DNA of 63,847 nucleotides, the filler included, from Sphaeroforma arctica JP610 (Eukaryota): the NCBI RefSeq assembly GCF_001186125.1. It is 7 parts of 3 records of this genome, joined end to end, with 100 filler letters (N's around TTAATTAATTAA, not from the genome) between each part and the next. Parts side by side here need not be neighbours in the genome. Positions count along the whole stretch, not along the records: positions 1 to 20,841 come from NW_014040548.1; 6 more parts are not named here. One strand, written 5' to 3'. Both the position numbers and the translations under genes were made by a program. Positions 1-13,100 of this stretch are shown in pieces. Under the pieces are notes generated by a model that saw only the letters and a list, made by a program, of their open reading frames with translations, was not told the origin of the DNA and did not search any database. The stretch's first letter is position 1. Each line of letters begins with the position of its first letter.

Positions 1-210
1 ATCTATATCCGAATTTGTGTGTGTGTGTGTTTGTGTTTGTGTGTGTGTGGTGTGTGTGTGTGTGTACATGTGTACGTGTACACACCTGCACGTGTGTACG
101 TGCATGATGTATACACATACCTACATATATATCCCCTCTGCTTCCAAAGCGGTGCCGGTAAAACTTGAAAGAACCCCCGCAGAAAATATGTTATATGTCC
201 ATTTCTTTCA

Positions 211-310
211 CCTCATACTTTCACTTATCTGCATTCATATACGTATATGTGTATACACACTCATACTTTCACTTATCTGCATTCATATACGTATATGTGT
301 ATACACACAC
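211..310. repeat. ~49-bp tandem duplication in p24 intron 1
   Basis: ctcatactttcacttatctgcattcatatacgtatatgtgtatacaca occurs twice back to back. Confidence 0.9.
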
Positions 311-316
311 GGTTAC

Positions 317-622
317 CTCGTATTCACCAGTTTCGGGATGATCGATCATGTGTGTGCCGTCTGAAGCTTTCTTTTTGTCATAGACTACAGCACCGGACGG
401 TGCTGTAATGGCCACATTCACATCTTCTTTACCTAGACTACCACCATAGATCACTTGGAACTCTAGTACAAGTGGATTCAACGAGTCCTCGACTGCTTCG
501 TATACGCAGAAGGATTTCTTATCTTCAAGTTCGAATGTGAACTCGGCTGCATGAGCATACGAAAAGAATATACAAAGTGCAACAAGTGCACTCGAGATGC
601 GATAGGTCAGCACATGATACAT
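317..622 (-). CDS. p24/emp24/gp25L (TMED) family cargo receptor, exon 1 (signal peptide + GOLD domain start); rest of gene lies outside the window
   Basis: Hydrophobic signal peptide, then AEFTFELEDKKSFCVYE...LEFQVIYGG...DVNVAITAPSG...GEYE, typical GOLD motifs; phase-0 donor GAG|GTAACC after 317. Confidence 0.9.
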
Positions 623-1028
623 TGCGGTCGTACTGGGGTGCTCTGCTTCATTGTCTACACTCTATACAGTGATACTTCGCCACCTACTTCAGATTCTATA
701 ATCTCATTGTTCTCATGTGATGATGTATAATTCTACATAGCCTCTCTGCATATATATTTTTTTCAATATATTGCGATAATTAATTTTGTTCCGAACTGCT
801 TTATGGAGTTGACTGGTAACCGTATCCTAATTGACTGCAAAAGCCAAAACTGATATTTTTGTGAAAAATTTAGAAAAAAAGTCCATACATCCTAAGTTTT
901 AGCTATATCTTGTGTGATACTCTCATCGGCATGTCAGACGTTTTCCGACTACACATATCAACAAATAAAACATTTTCACACAGTAATACCAATTTCACCG
1001 TACCGTACATACCTCACGTTCAGACACA

Positions 1029-4000
1029 ATGATCAAACGTACTAAAGGTCGGGGCCGTTTGCATAAACCAATAGAACTACGAGACAAGAAACGCGAGTCC
1101 ATGGAATACAAGCAATCGATAGCAAAGCAGAGTAGGGCATATGCGAATTTAAAACAAGATAGCAAGCATTTATGGGATAACTATGATGCTTTGATTTCGG
1201 CCACGCGATCGAAGTTGCTAAAAGTACAGGAGCGTGCTGATAAGTTGAACGACAGCAGAGAGGTGAGTGTGGGCACACTGTTTGTGGTGATACAGGGGAA
1301 AAGTAGATGTAAGATATAAAGTACAGGTTTTCAACATTGTTGCAGGATTTTGTAAAAATTTGGTTTATACTAAGTGAAGTAACTGATATTAACGAAAGAA
1401 AATCACCTGCTCTACTACGACAGCCAAGTCAATTAATTTTCACTTATCACGTTAAACATGTGCCTCAATATAGGTGCAGTTCCTCTTTTTGTTTGCACAG
1501 TAGCCAGCTCTTTTGTGATCGTATTTATACATAAAGACATAAAGTTTCATATCTCTCTTTGAAATGTGAACAATCGATATTCTGAATATATAGCAACACC
1601 CACACCTATATCCACGATGTGTCTGCATATAGACCTGTATGGAAATGTGTATCATGTAGGTGGCATAGCAATCGCGTTTACATCAAGGCTAGTAATCTTA
1701 TTTCAAGGCTACGCATACTCTGTTCATTGTAGATATACACTTACTTATCGAGCATATATTTTCCTTGTGAGAAGTGCACTACAATCAATACTTCGTATTC
1801 ATACTTCAGTATCAATCACACTTCTGTATCATTGATAGTTCTACTTCTCGCATACCATTTACTTATATTGTATCAAAGCTCGGAGTGATGTTACAATGCA
1901 AACTTTCAGACCGAAAAACTTGAGTAGTGAGCATATTAGTGCATACTTCCCTTACAAGGTGTTTAGGCTCATGATGAAGGCACTTTATATCATCGCGAAG
2001 GCCAAATCTTTCGCTGGTAACATTGCTGGTGCGTTTCACAATTACGAGCGACAAATACATGTGTATTTACCTAAAGTATGTTAAGCTCAACAACAGTACA
2101 TATTAAACTTCATGAACGAGAGTAGGGCGTGATAACTTTTCGCATAGTAGTCAACATCTATAAGAATATCAACAGCAGCACAAAACGAGCTATTTGTATT
2201 ACTCAGAAATATTGCAGAAATTGCGCGAGCAAGAAGGTTCGGTCCCAGAACGGCGTTTTCAAAGAACAGCCGGGTTTCACTAGTATAGCGAAGGAATCAA
2301 AATATAGAACGCCTCGCCCTTATCACACTAACCTTTTTCTATGTTGTCAATCACAACGTGCAATACCTTCAAACAGGAACTACTTATCCTGCGCTGTATA
2401 CGTGCATTGGCATCAGTCGGACGTGAAGAAGGACGGCCACTGAGCGGAAATCATCGAGCTAGAAAAGAAATACAATCCAGTCGACAGGTATATAACTCAT
2501 AGTTTAGCATAGCATATCGATGGCTTAGTTCGCCCAATGTGTATTGTCTGACACTTTGCAGACCTTTCTCGTCTACCGAGAGTGACATTCGACCAATAGT
2601 GATGCGAATATCTCCATGTGACCTTTACCCGACGTCAATACGTTGACGCTTTGCAGACTCGTCTCCTCTGCCGAAAGTGACATTCCACTATCAGTATTGC
2701 GACTATCTTTATGTGATCTGGAAATAACTCAGTTTAATTGTCATTGTATGTTGTATTACCCGCACCTCGATCCATATGCCAATATATACAAACTTTGAAA
2801 TACAGATCGCGGACGCGTTAAAATGGCTTCTACGTGTAGCCCTCCCGCCCGATGTCGAGCTGCACGAGATTGTATACACTACAGCGCCAACTCCGTGTTG
2901 CCATGGAGCGCACACTCAGGCCCACGATACACGCCGGGACGTGTATGTTCTACGGCCCCGGGAGGACACGTGCACACGCATCACTAGCGCTCTGTGCATC
3001 AGGCGAGCGTTGGGGATAGAGTTTGAAGAAAATGAACCTGACTGCGAGATCAAAGAAATTGAACCAGAAGGCGTGGGCAGCGCCAGTACCAGCGATATGG
3101 CCAATGATAATGAGAGCCACAGGGAGTCAGCAGAGCTACTGTCCAAAGTCGAAGTTGACAAAGCTCTGGACGAAGAAGCTGACTCGGATGAGGAACATAA
3201 TACACTCGATCTGAGTGGTAGCGTTGATAAAGCTACAAAGAATGTAGAAGCCGCCGGAGCTGGGAAGGATCCAATACACAACTCAGAAGACTCCGATAGC
3301 GATCAACTGCCCTGCCTGTACAGTACACCCGAGACCCCGATACAGGGTTTTAAGATGAAAGAACACGCACACAGCAAGGCTAAACCGAAAAGAAAGCGGG
3401 CAAAACGTCGGACTTTTATAAGAGTCCCGCCGTCAGTGGATCAGTTCATGGTAGGCAATCGCCATGAGAAGCGAGCCCGACAAGCTACCGCAACGTTTGA
3501 ACATTTCTTAGGTGAACCCTTAGATTGGGCAGTATTGCGAAGTTCCCCGGAAAATTGCACACCAGATACGGATGCTTCAGGAGGTAAGGTACGTGCTCTA
3601 CCAAAATCAACAGAAAAAGTCGTAAAGCCCACCCCCTTTTCGGACAATGGCCCTACTAACCTGCAAAAGGATAAAGGTATACTACACAAGTCACAGAACA
3701 CGATGGCTGATCCGGTTGATAGCCTGCCACCCTTGGGATTCTTGGATTTCGATGACACATCTCAGGGTCTGCCCCCACTGAGTGCTACATTGTCGTCATC
3801 ATCGCGTGAGTATGTAGAGGCGGTGGGTTTGGGAACAGCTAAAGGCATAACCCCCCCCCTGCACTCGAGTAAGAAAGATGAAAGTATAGTGCAACACGGT
3901 AGTGTTGACCGCGCGATAAATCACAGTATAGCCCAAGAAGATGCAGCTAAGAACCGTCTCATAAACCCAGTACAAAAAAGTACACGAACACTCAGTAGTC

Positions 4001-4230
4001 ACAGCCCTGTCCAAAAGCTTCACACGCAGCCAGATACTGCTGCAATCGAAAAGCCAACTTTATGCTCGACACAATTAGACTTCAGCGGGAGATGCGAGTC
4101 GTCGGAAAATGTTGAGATACTGGCACTGCTTCAAAATACGAAAACACAGGATAAACACATGCAAGGGGACCCCTATACAACAAGCGCTTTGCCGGACAAA
4201 CTACCAACTCTTCCTTTAATTCCCCGGTGA
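1029..4230 (+). CDS. Hypothetical ~590-aa protein; exons 1029-1262, 2377-2487, 2806-4230. Basic/coiled-coil N-terminus, long acidic/disordered C-terminus with NLS-like KPKRKRAKRR
   Basis: Three phase-0 exons with canonical sites (GAG|GTGAGT, CAG|GAA, CAG|GTATAA, CAG|ATC) join in frame to the 484-aa ORF; divergent from the p24 gene (~400 bp); no family recognised, extra exons possible. Confidence 0.65.
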
Positions 4231-5254
4231 TTAGACTGCAGTGTATAAACTGTTGCAGTGTATAAACTGTTGCGGTTTGCACCCGCCGTAAGAACAGTTA
4301 TTTCTGTAATAGCGTAAGTCCCCACAAAAATAAATTTGGAGTGAAAAGTTATATGCCAGTGATACGTGGATTGCTCAAATTGAAATCGTGCCAAATAAAA
4401 AGGATTTTTGCAATGAAAAGTGCTATTATTCACCTATCTACACGGAGACACAGAATTATGTTATAGCGAATCACAAAAACATTCATTGTTGTACATACTC
4501 ATGAGATACAATCCTGTGCTACTGATATTTGTCTCAAAAATAGATTCGTTGGTTGAAGTGGTTTCTTCCATAAAAGTATATGCCTACTATGTATGTCCGG
4601 GTAAGTATCAGAAAAAGCGGATAGCGATTGCGATATGGAAACAGGAAAGGAAAGAAAAATCGACAAGGAGGCCTTCTTGGTCAGAATCAAATGTGACCAA
4701 TGAACTTCAACTTGCCAACAGTGACAATGCGGTGATCGCAGTGATTTACTTTCTTTGAAATGCCAATAGAAGGCAAAATGGGCACCCAGATACTGGACCA
4801 CAAATGTGCATCAATATAAACACTATACCACCTATTGATATTCATGTCTATTTAATACCCTTTCCTTATAAGCTTAACATACCAAGCCTTGAGGTAGAAT
4901 CAGGGGGACGGTGGAAAAAAAAGCTGTCTTTGCTTCCATTTTATACCATCCAGAAAAAGCCGATAGGCCGAATGTGTCTGTTAGTGTTTCTATGTAGACA
5001 TCCCATAATTCGTTGTTTTTTCAGCGTGATGGCACTCTGCCCACCACACTCCTGTGATTGATTCTACAAATATTATCCCTTGTGCTCAAACAGAAAAGTT
5101 CTTTATCTTATCTGCGATGGACCATTTGAAACGATCCTGTGCGTCTTAGAACGCGAGCCTCTGAATTCACGGCATTCGACCCCAGCACCCCCTTTCGGAT
5201 CGAAAAACCAGAGGCATGGCAATATCATCAGATACATACGTATTCATATTTTTC

Positions 5255-5535
5255 AAGCGATACAAGCAAACTGATAGAGAGCCAATTCACTTGCGGATGC
5301 TTAAAGTCTCAAATAGACAAATGGATCAAATCACAAACTAAATCAGATGGTAGTAGTGGACACCCTACACTCTGACATATCAGAGAAGACGTCGGCTACT
5401 ATCATTTGGTTTGGTTTGAGCTTCTATCCACTTGTCTGTTTCAGCTTGCTGTCCGTTGTATATGAGTGCTGGGTAACGCGTGACTTTAAGCATCTGCAGG
5501 TGAATTGGCTCTCTCAGATTGTACTTGTATCGCTT
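5255..5535 (+). repeat. Long imperfect inverted repeat (fold-back) centred at ~5377
   Basis: gagagccaattcacttgcggatgcttaaagtc pairs with gactttaagcatctgcaggtgaattggctctc; inner arms ~5312-5361 and ~5389-5440 also pair; ~35-nt bulge in right arm. Confidence 0.9.
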
Positions 5536-5814
5536 ATACGACACATGTGTGTCCAACCACCATTTTGAAAGTCGTATAGGGACCGCTTCTGGGATCACTT
5601 TATCATCCAGAGTGATGTGAACCTCGCACCCTCTAAAGGCAACCCAATATTGGATAGCGATTCCTGGAAAAAAATATCACTATTACTATCCACACAATCG
5701 GCGGGTGAATGTGACTTGAAGGCTAGAACATATCGCGAAGAAGCATTCCAAAATCGGGCAGCAATACGAGATGACCCGGTCCTGATGGAATGTCAGTATA
5801 TCCAGAACGATCCT

Positions 5815-7997
5815 CTAATCTATCACAATTACATATCCCTTCTGCTTTCTCTTGCCCTTATTTACCTCAATACAATCATCGTCGAGATTGATCGCTACAT
5901 TGGTCCGTGCATTGCCCTTCTTTCCAGCACGTCTCACGCCCTCTAATTTAACCTGTGTGTCCGCTTGAATCGCGTCCAGATCAATACTCGTACTCGCGCT
6001 CGAGCTCGATTCGCCATTGCTGGCGGGTACACCGCTGTCGGTGCTTACTCGAACCTTCTTCTTAATTGGCTGCTGAGTGGGTGAGCCATTGTATCCAGCT
6101 GTGGTACGTGTGGCACCAATGCCCTTCTTCGCTACCGCCGCAGTGGCCGGTAGACCATCTCCGTCAATTATCCGTCGGCTTTCCAGCCACATACTATCTC
6201 TGATAAATACTGTGACCGTCTTCTCATGCAGCACTTGCTTCAGGTGATCAGGGTATACGTACCTGCTAGGTTGTATTGCTTTCTTCACATTCTCACCGCC
6301 ACCAACACCAATGCTTGCCCCTTTTTTGGCCATTTCTTTCTCCGTGACTTTCTCTTTCTTACTCAAATTGTATATTACCTCCGTAAAGATATGATTATGA
6401 CTCATCGCTTGCCCTTTCTTCGCTGCCGTGAAAACCACTTTGATCGTCCCAATATCAGTTGCCTTAGCGCCCCCGCTACCCTGGCTGCCATTTGCACCGA
6501 CGCGCTGCAGTGCACATCAGAAATATACCAATTCAAAATTGTGATAGTCAGACTCTACAGCATCGGATAGATACACGAACGGGATTAAATAACTTCATAG
6601 ACGTCACGAAAACACACAATCTTATCGAGCACAATAAAGAATTACAAAATCTCGACATAACTTTTACAAGTGGCATGTGAAATGTGGCTGGTAAATTTGT
6701 CGGACAGACTGCCATCTAGATGCACAATTCGAGCATGCAAAAAACATGTATGTTCGCTATTTGCACCTCTTACCGCACCCTTCCTACAATTCCAGGTCCA
6801 TAACGGCGAGCTTGCTGAATGATACCGATCAGTAGAGTTTGACACAAAATCATTGAAACAGGTTCGGGTCATACTAATAAGATCGCACAATAATACAAAC
6901 CGGCGAGGTCATGGAATATCGAAATACATAAAATTAAATTCAGAAGCGCAGGAAATGATTCCTATGCAATAGCACGATTATAGAAAATGAAGTGTAAGTA
7001 TATTGCTTACCTCCCCTTGGACATCCTGAAAAGCAAATTTGTCTACAGATTCAGTATTGTTCTCAAGTATAGCCCTCGACCAGCCAAAAAAATGACAATC
7101 TGTAACATCAATTATATGTATGTAGACTATTACTGATCAGTGATGCATACATGGTATGTCCAACAATTAGGATCCACCGAAACCTTCGCACACGATGAAT
7201 GAAGTTAGTATATATTTAGGATTCGTCAGTTCGTGTAGCAATTGGTAGATATTTCAGTGCACTGAACTACACCATCACATCAACTTCAAATGTCAACATG
7301 TATAATTGCGTCTGTCTCTATATCGAGATTCATAGTCATGTCGATAAAAGCTGTTCTAATCATCCTCTAGGTAGTACTTACCCGATGTACCGCTGGCTAC
7401 TAGACCCATTGAGCGTATCTTGACGCCATCGACGTACATGTGCAGAATCATGGAATCATACTTTGGGGCTAACTGTCGTGTAGCATTGGGACTAAATGGC
7501 GATACACGGATTTCGAATCTCTTTCCGGCTTCGGCACATACATAGAATCCAGCTACAGTAATAGTAAAATAGAATAGATGTAAGTGACAGTCTTGTGATC
7601 TAGACGAACAAATTTTTCAACTAGCCGATGTGAGTAGATCTCCTGTTCGCAATCAACCTGGTTGACATCATAATACCTGCACAATCAGTGCCGAAATTGG
7701 TAACTTGCTACCTCCGGTTAGTTCTTAGCTGCAGATGTGGCGTGACGCTTGGATATATGCAGCCATATAGATCACAGCACAAAATCACAAAATGCAACTC
7801 CTGGACTCCACATTCTAGATATTCTGTCATGCTGTAAGCTTACGTTCGACTTTGGGGCACTTTTTCGAGCGATCTTCGGCAACCTTGGGAGACACGTAAA
7901 ACAGGGGCATTGGTTTCAGTTCGTCCTTCAATTCCTTTCCCGGCTTGACATCTGAAGACTTTGACTGGCTTGCGACGTACAAACCAAGACCAAATTC
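5815..7997 (-). CDS. DUF7918-like hypothetical protein; exons ~7997-7843, 7552-7382, 7099-7011, 6504-5815; start exon not determined
   Basis: Phase-consistent GT-AG exons give YVCAEAGKRFEIRV...HMYVDGVKI...KFAF...DIGTIKVVF...KVTEKEMAKK...VFIRDSMWLESRRII, resembling from memory the fungal DUF7918 pattern (YIDG / LGTIEV / HEK / F.YRS...L...GII). Confidence 0.6.
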
Positions 7998-9221
7998 TGA
8001 GGTTGGCCATGTGACGAAGTGTTACAAGTCGTACCGCCACCCTGAGAATGTACCCGAGTGACATGCCACGAACGACGCCATATTCGGAATACATGCTACA
8101 CACTCCTCCTTCCACTAGTCTTGATATTATGATGCTTACATGAGGCACTAGCGTTGTTCAAACGTAGTTCACTCTGAAAACAGAAGCAACCTGTGATCAC
8201 GATTAGAATCACATAACTTACACCAACTAGCAAGTCCTAGTGCATGTCAGTCATGCGATGTAACCTATTGCACTACTGATAGAACTCTCTCAAATTTGGT
8301 CCTGGTTTAGACAGTCCTATACACACGTGCAACTGTACGTTGTCCTGGTACAGCGATCATACCAAATTGTATACATGGTTGTGAACTGAACAAAGAGAGA
8401 GGAACCATTCACAGGGTTCACACAGTTCCAGGATCAGAAGGAAAGCATAAATAAGTCGACTCAGGAAAAGAGGAAAAGAGTCTACCAGAATTGTACCACG
8501 CAATACAGAAATAACGAAGTTTAATTCGACATCAAAAAACAGTGTCACATATAAACGGCGATGCATAAATTCTATGATACATATAAACAAGTATTCCATA
8601 GAAACGGAGTTCCATATCAACGATGATAGCTATAAACAATGATAGATATAAAATATAGGTTCTTAAATTTGGCAATACATATAAACAAAAGACCCCAATA
8701 ATACATACTCCACGGAGATTCTACCCGCATGTGCTCGTTGAACGCCAATACATCCTCTGATATCAGCATCGCTGGGCTAGGCAAACAAGCTCGCGGATCC
8801 GTCTGATTCCACATTTCGGTTTTGAGTTCAATTTACGTGATCCAAAGCGTTAAAGTTTATCAAAAGCGGAAATATACAGACGCCGGCTCTGAACTTGGGT
8901 GTAAACCCGAAAACTGTGTGATAGACTTATGCTCGGGACAAGTAAGGCGGAAACTACAAGGACAAGAAGTGGTAATGCCTGGACTCACTATGTGTAGGAC
9001 ATATGCTCTACCCTCTTGAGGACTTTTATTGACACATTATAAATATTTGCAATGCAACTATCCTCCTAAAAAAAAAATAGTCAATAAACAATCTGCAAAA
9101 ATTGCGCGCAGCACACTTTCAGATTTTTCCATAGCCTTCAAAATTGCAGATTTTTTTATTTCGTTTCATTGGAATCCAAATTATGATTTTTATATATTGG
9201 TATATAAAATATATACAGTAG

Positions 9222-9293
9222 CACCCATTCGTCTATCGGCTAGGATATAAGCTTCTCACGCTTGAGGGCGGGGTTCGATTCCCCGATGGGTAA
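9222..9293 (+). tRNA. tRNA-Glu(CTC), copy 1 (C1:A72 mismatch)
   Basis: Cloverleaf: acceptor acccat/atgggt, D arm gtct..ggat, anticodon stem taagc/gcttg with loop ttCTCac, T arm cgggg-ttcgatt-ccccg; upstream TATA-like tatataaa at 9201; T5 terminator at 9295. Confidence 0.93.
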
Positions 9294-9534
9294 ATTTTTC
9301 TTCAATCTTGAGAGCTGTGTAGAAGTTTGCACTGATGTAAAAATCTGCGACCAACAATCAGTGTACAGTTTAAAGGGCTATAATCCTATAGCCTTCTAAA
9401 AACAAACAATAATATAGGTAGTAAAATAAATTATAAAAAAGAGCAGGCATATTAATATCTCTCTTGTTTGTTTTAGAGAGGGCTATGAGTGTAGATATTT
9501 TTAATCGATAATTTTGATCAAAGCCAATATGTGT

Positions 9535-9606
9535 AACCCATTCGTCTATCGGCTAGGATATAAGCTTCTCACGCTTGAGGGCGGGGTTCGATTCCCCGAT
9601 GGGTAA
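9535..9606 (+). tRNA. tRNA-Glu(CTC), copy 2 (A1:A72 mismatch)
   Basis: Identical to copy 1 from position 2 to the discriminator; followed by a T9 Pol III terminator. Confidence 0.93.
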
Positions 9607-10170
9607 TATTTTTTTTCCGGTTGACTAGAGGTACATATAGAAGATACGTTACGGATTGGTCTTTCAGGACCGGTGACCTTAAGAATTGGAGACAATGCAG
9701 ACCATTAAACCAACCAAAATTGTTTTATAATAAGCCCATCCCTTTATTTTGTTCTGTGTTTATTGGTCTCCAAATACCACTACTTTACTATTCGAGCGCT
9801 GAAACGGGTATCATATGCACTTTATGACATCGTATAATCTGCATGGATGTTTGATTGAGAAGAGTCCACTGTTTGAAAGATAGTACAATAGCCCCTGGAC
9901 TAAGAAGGGTCAATCGTCGGTTGCAAGTAAGCTTCCTACGTTCAGTTACCAACACTCCCCACCACCGGTCCCCGGCGTGGTGGCTTCTCATACCAAGTGT
10001 CATCTGAGTTTTGTAAGTTAGGTCTGATATGCATATAACTTCCTATACCGCCTGATATAGCGCACACTCCTCACTTTGAAAAACATCTATCTCCGCAGCA
10101 CCGCTACTATATCGCGCACTTTTAATTCGTTAAATATGTTATAATCCTCTTATTATTGTAGGGGTTTCGC

Positions 10171-13100
10171 CTATTTGTAGTCATCGTCAGACACGGAGAG
10201 ATCTGAGACACTTCCTGAATCTGCAGCGCCATCACTGTTGTTGTCACTCATATCACTATGCCACTCTTCGTATGACTTTCTCGCCGTCATCTTCGACGTT
10301 TCTTGTGCAGGCTTGCTCACGTTGTTTTTCTTTGTTTTCCTGCCTTTCCTGTCACCCCGTGCAGATGATCCGACCCCACCCCTTTCCCGCTGCAAATCCG
10401 CTGCGAAGTCGTACGACGAGTCTGAATTGTTGTCAGATCGCTCGTCTACCCAGGGATCATCCGCTTCGTCTCGCATTAACTCTACGTCAAGCAATGTTTC
10501 ACTACTCTCCGAAGACGGCGAGTAGCTTTTGTCAGCATCCTCAACCTGGTAGTTTGGATCGAGCTTTTCATTCGCATCCTTGCTGTTCTCCTCTTTCTCT
10601 GCGTCACACAATCTTATGAGTTTCCGATGTTTGGGTTTGACATGCTCTGTATCGACGTTTTCGGCACTGCCTGTCTGGACTTGTTCTTGTTTGCGCTTTC
10701 GTTTTCTCTGTGGTTTCTCTACACTTCTGTTCGATCGTTTGTTGCTGACTTTTCCGGTGTACTTACTATTGGATTCGTCCGACTCGAATTCCTCTTCATG
10801 CTTAACCCAGTGCAAAAAAAAAGCAGGATAATTAAAGATCAGCTTAGCTGCCGGATACGCTACCAATCGTATGGACAAATATTGCGCTCGACCAAATGTA
10901 TTGCTACTCATGCGATATGGGTTTATATATGCTAGAAACTACGTGATCTTAGACATACCTCACTTGGTTGCCAGCCTATGCTGCCACCAGTATCGACACG
11001 ACGAAGCTCAGAAGCCTTGGTTTGGTTGCCATCATTACCTTGCCACTCCGTACTGAGACTAGTATCCAACTGTTGTAGTTTGGCCCCGTTGTGACCTTCA
11101 TTGTCCGACCTTAAGTTGGCGACGATATCGAGACAGTAAATTACAAGAGAAATCACACATTAGCGTTGACCGGGCACGGTGAGTCAAAGCCGCGTAGTGG
11201 TCTGCAAAGGACAATCAAGCTCCTCAAACACGCACACATGTTTTGGTGAACTTATTTTCTATGATTCAAGTGCACAACCCGAATTCGAGTGTAGAAGGTG
11301 ACAGATTACTAACATGCATCTTGGTTCATGTCTAACACTCGAGCGGAAATTGTGCTCATGCTTGGTACCGTTGAGATGCGCATGCGCACTCGACGAAAAA
11401 GCACCACTAGCTCTGACATACCCAATCTCAGCAGGCCCCTGTAATTCCGAAATAGATTCCCCTGCACTAGACTCACCACCTACGTCCTCGTTCGCTTTGT
11501 AGCTGGGAACACAGCCAACTCCCACCACCTTGGTACTCCTACCCCTCCTACTGGTTCGCTCTCTCTCACTGCGCTCAGCTTGTTCTCGTTCCCTCCTTTC
11601 CCTCCGCGCGTGCTCGCGTTCCCCCTCACTGTCCGATACCGAGCTACTCTGGCTGTCTTTCGTACTGGATCTTTTGGGGGGTGCCCTTCTTGACGGGCGT
11701 GTCACCTCAGACATGTGGCTGTCGAGTATGTCGTCCAGAAAATCATCATCTTGATCTAGCGCGTAGTTGACTCGGGTGCGCGTCCTGTGGTGAATAAAAA
11801 CGATAATAAATATGCTTTACAACAATGTATGTCGTACTGAGAGTGGGCATATCAGTACAGTTGTGTGTTATGCCACGACGATGTTTAAGTACATTCAACC
11901 CCCAGGGGGACGATGATGGAATACGATCGTGGCTAAGAACCAGCAAAGAATTGCGCATACCTTCGAGAGCCAGCTTCGACCCTGAAAATACTAGCCTCGG
12001 ATTCAAGTTTAGCAATCCTTCGACTGTCTCGCTCCCTTTTCTTGATTTCAGCCTGTTCTTTTTCTTCTCTCCGTATCCGTGCTTCACTACACGCTTCCAT
12101 CGTTATCTTCAGATTTGTCAACAAATCATCTCCTTCTTTCAGTCTGCAATTCGATTGGCAACGCAAAGGTTACAAAAGGATCTATAAATACTCGATATAT
12201 ATATATATATATATATTACGTATGAACTACTACTTATGAAATTCACACGTCGGGTACAAGTATAAATATATACATGCAATTGCAGACATCCAAAATACAT
12301 CCCTAGTGGATCTAGACACTTGAATAGAAGGCAATCTTATGAGTTACGTCAGCAACGTACAGGTACATACATCTTGCGTTCAACAGGGGTGTATAAATAT
12401 AAATCAAATACTCCCTGTTGAATCAACCTATTGCGACCCTGCATCCAAGATTCATACTACTAGCACATGGCCGTACTTCCCAATCATGCAATGCTAGTAG
12501 CAACTGTGTGTACTAGACTAAAAAGTATATGAACAAGCGGTACCCACGCTATACACATAAAATGTATAGCACTACAGCCCTATAGATTCTATATAATCGG
12601 CGAGACCTTGAAGATAGAACTATGATCAGGTAGAGATAGTGATGGCAACAATACGTTGTCACACTCCACTCGGCTTTTCACAAACTACAAACGTGCGCCG
12701 AATCAACATACTCCGCTCCTACGTATTGATAGAATCAACGAAGTTGTTGTGGGTATACACGGAGCACACGGTGCACACGGATGTAACTCAGATTTAGACG
12801 TATGCACAAGGACCAGCCTGATGGTTGCTTCGTTGCCTGTAGAATATATATTGGATATGTGCCTGAGCATGCACACCACCAATCTATACATTCAGACATA
12901 TAACACTACGAATTGCTTACAATGCAGCACTCATCGCGCTCTGAGCTCCCATTTTCGACTTCGCCTTCGCCTTGCCTTTCACCTTGCCCCTGGCCGCGGG
13001 CAACTTCTTTCGCTTTGCTCGTTCGGATATTATACTTGATTCCAGTAGGGATACGAAGTCTGCCAGCTCATCCTCAGTACGGCTGACTGGAGTCCAGTCA

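Noticed and set aside
4420..5250. Possible decayed inverted paralogue of the DUF7918-like last exon (YVCPG/PSWSES vs YVYPD/SMWLES)
   Set aside because: Similarity limited to a few residues; nucleotide alignment outside 5255-5535 is not convincing
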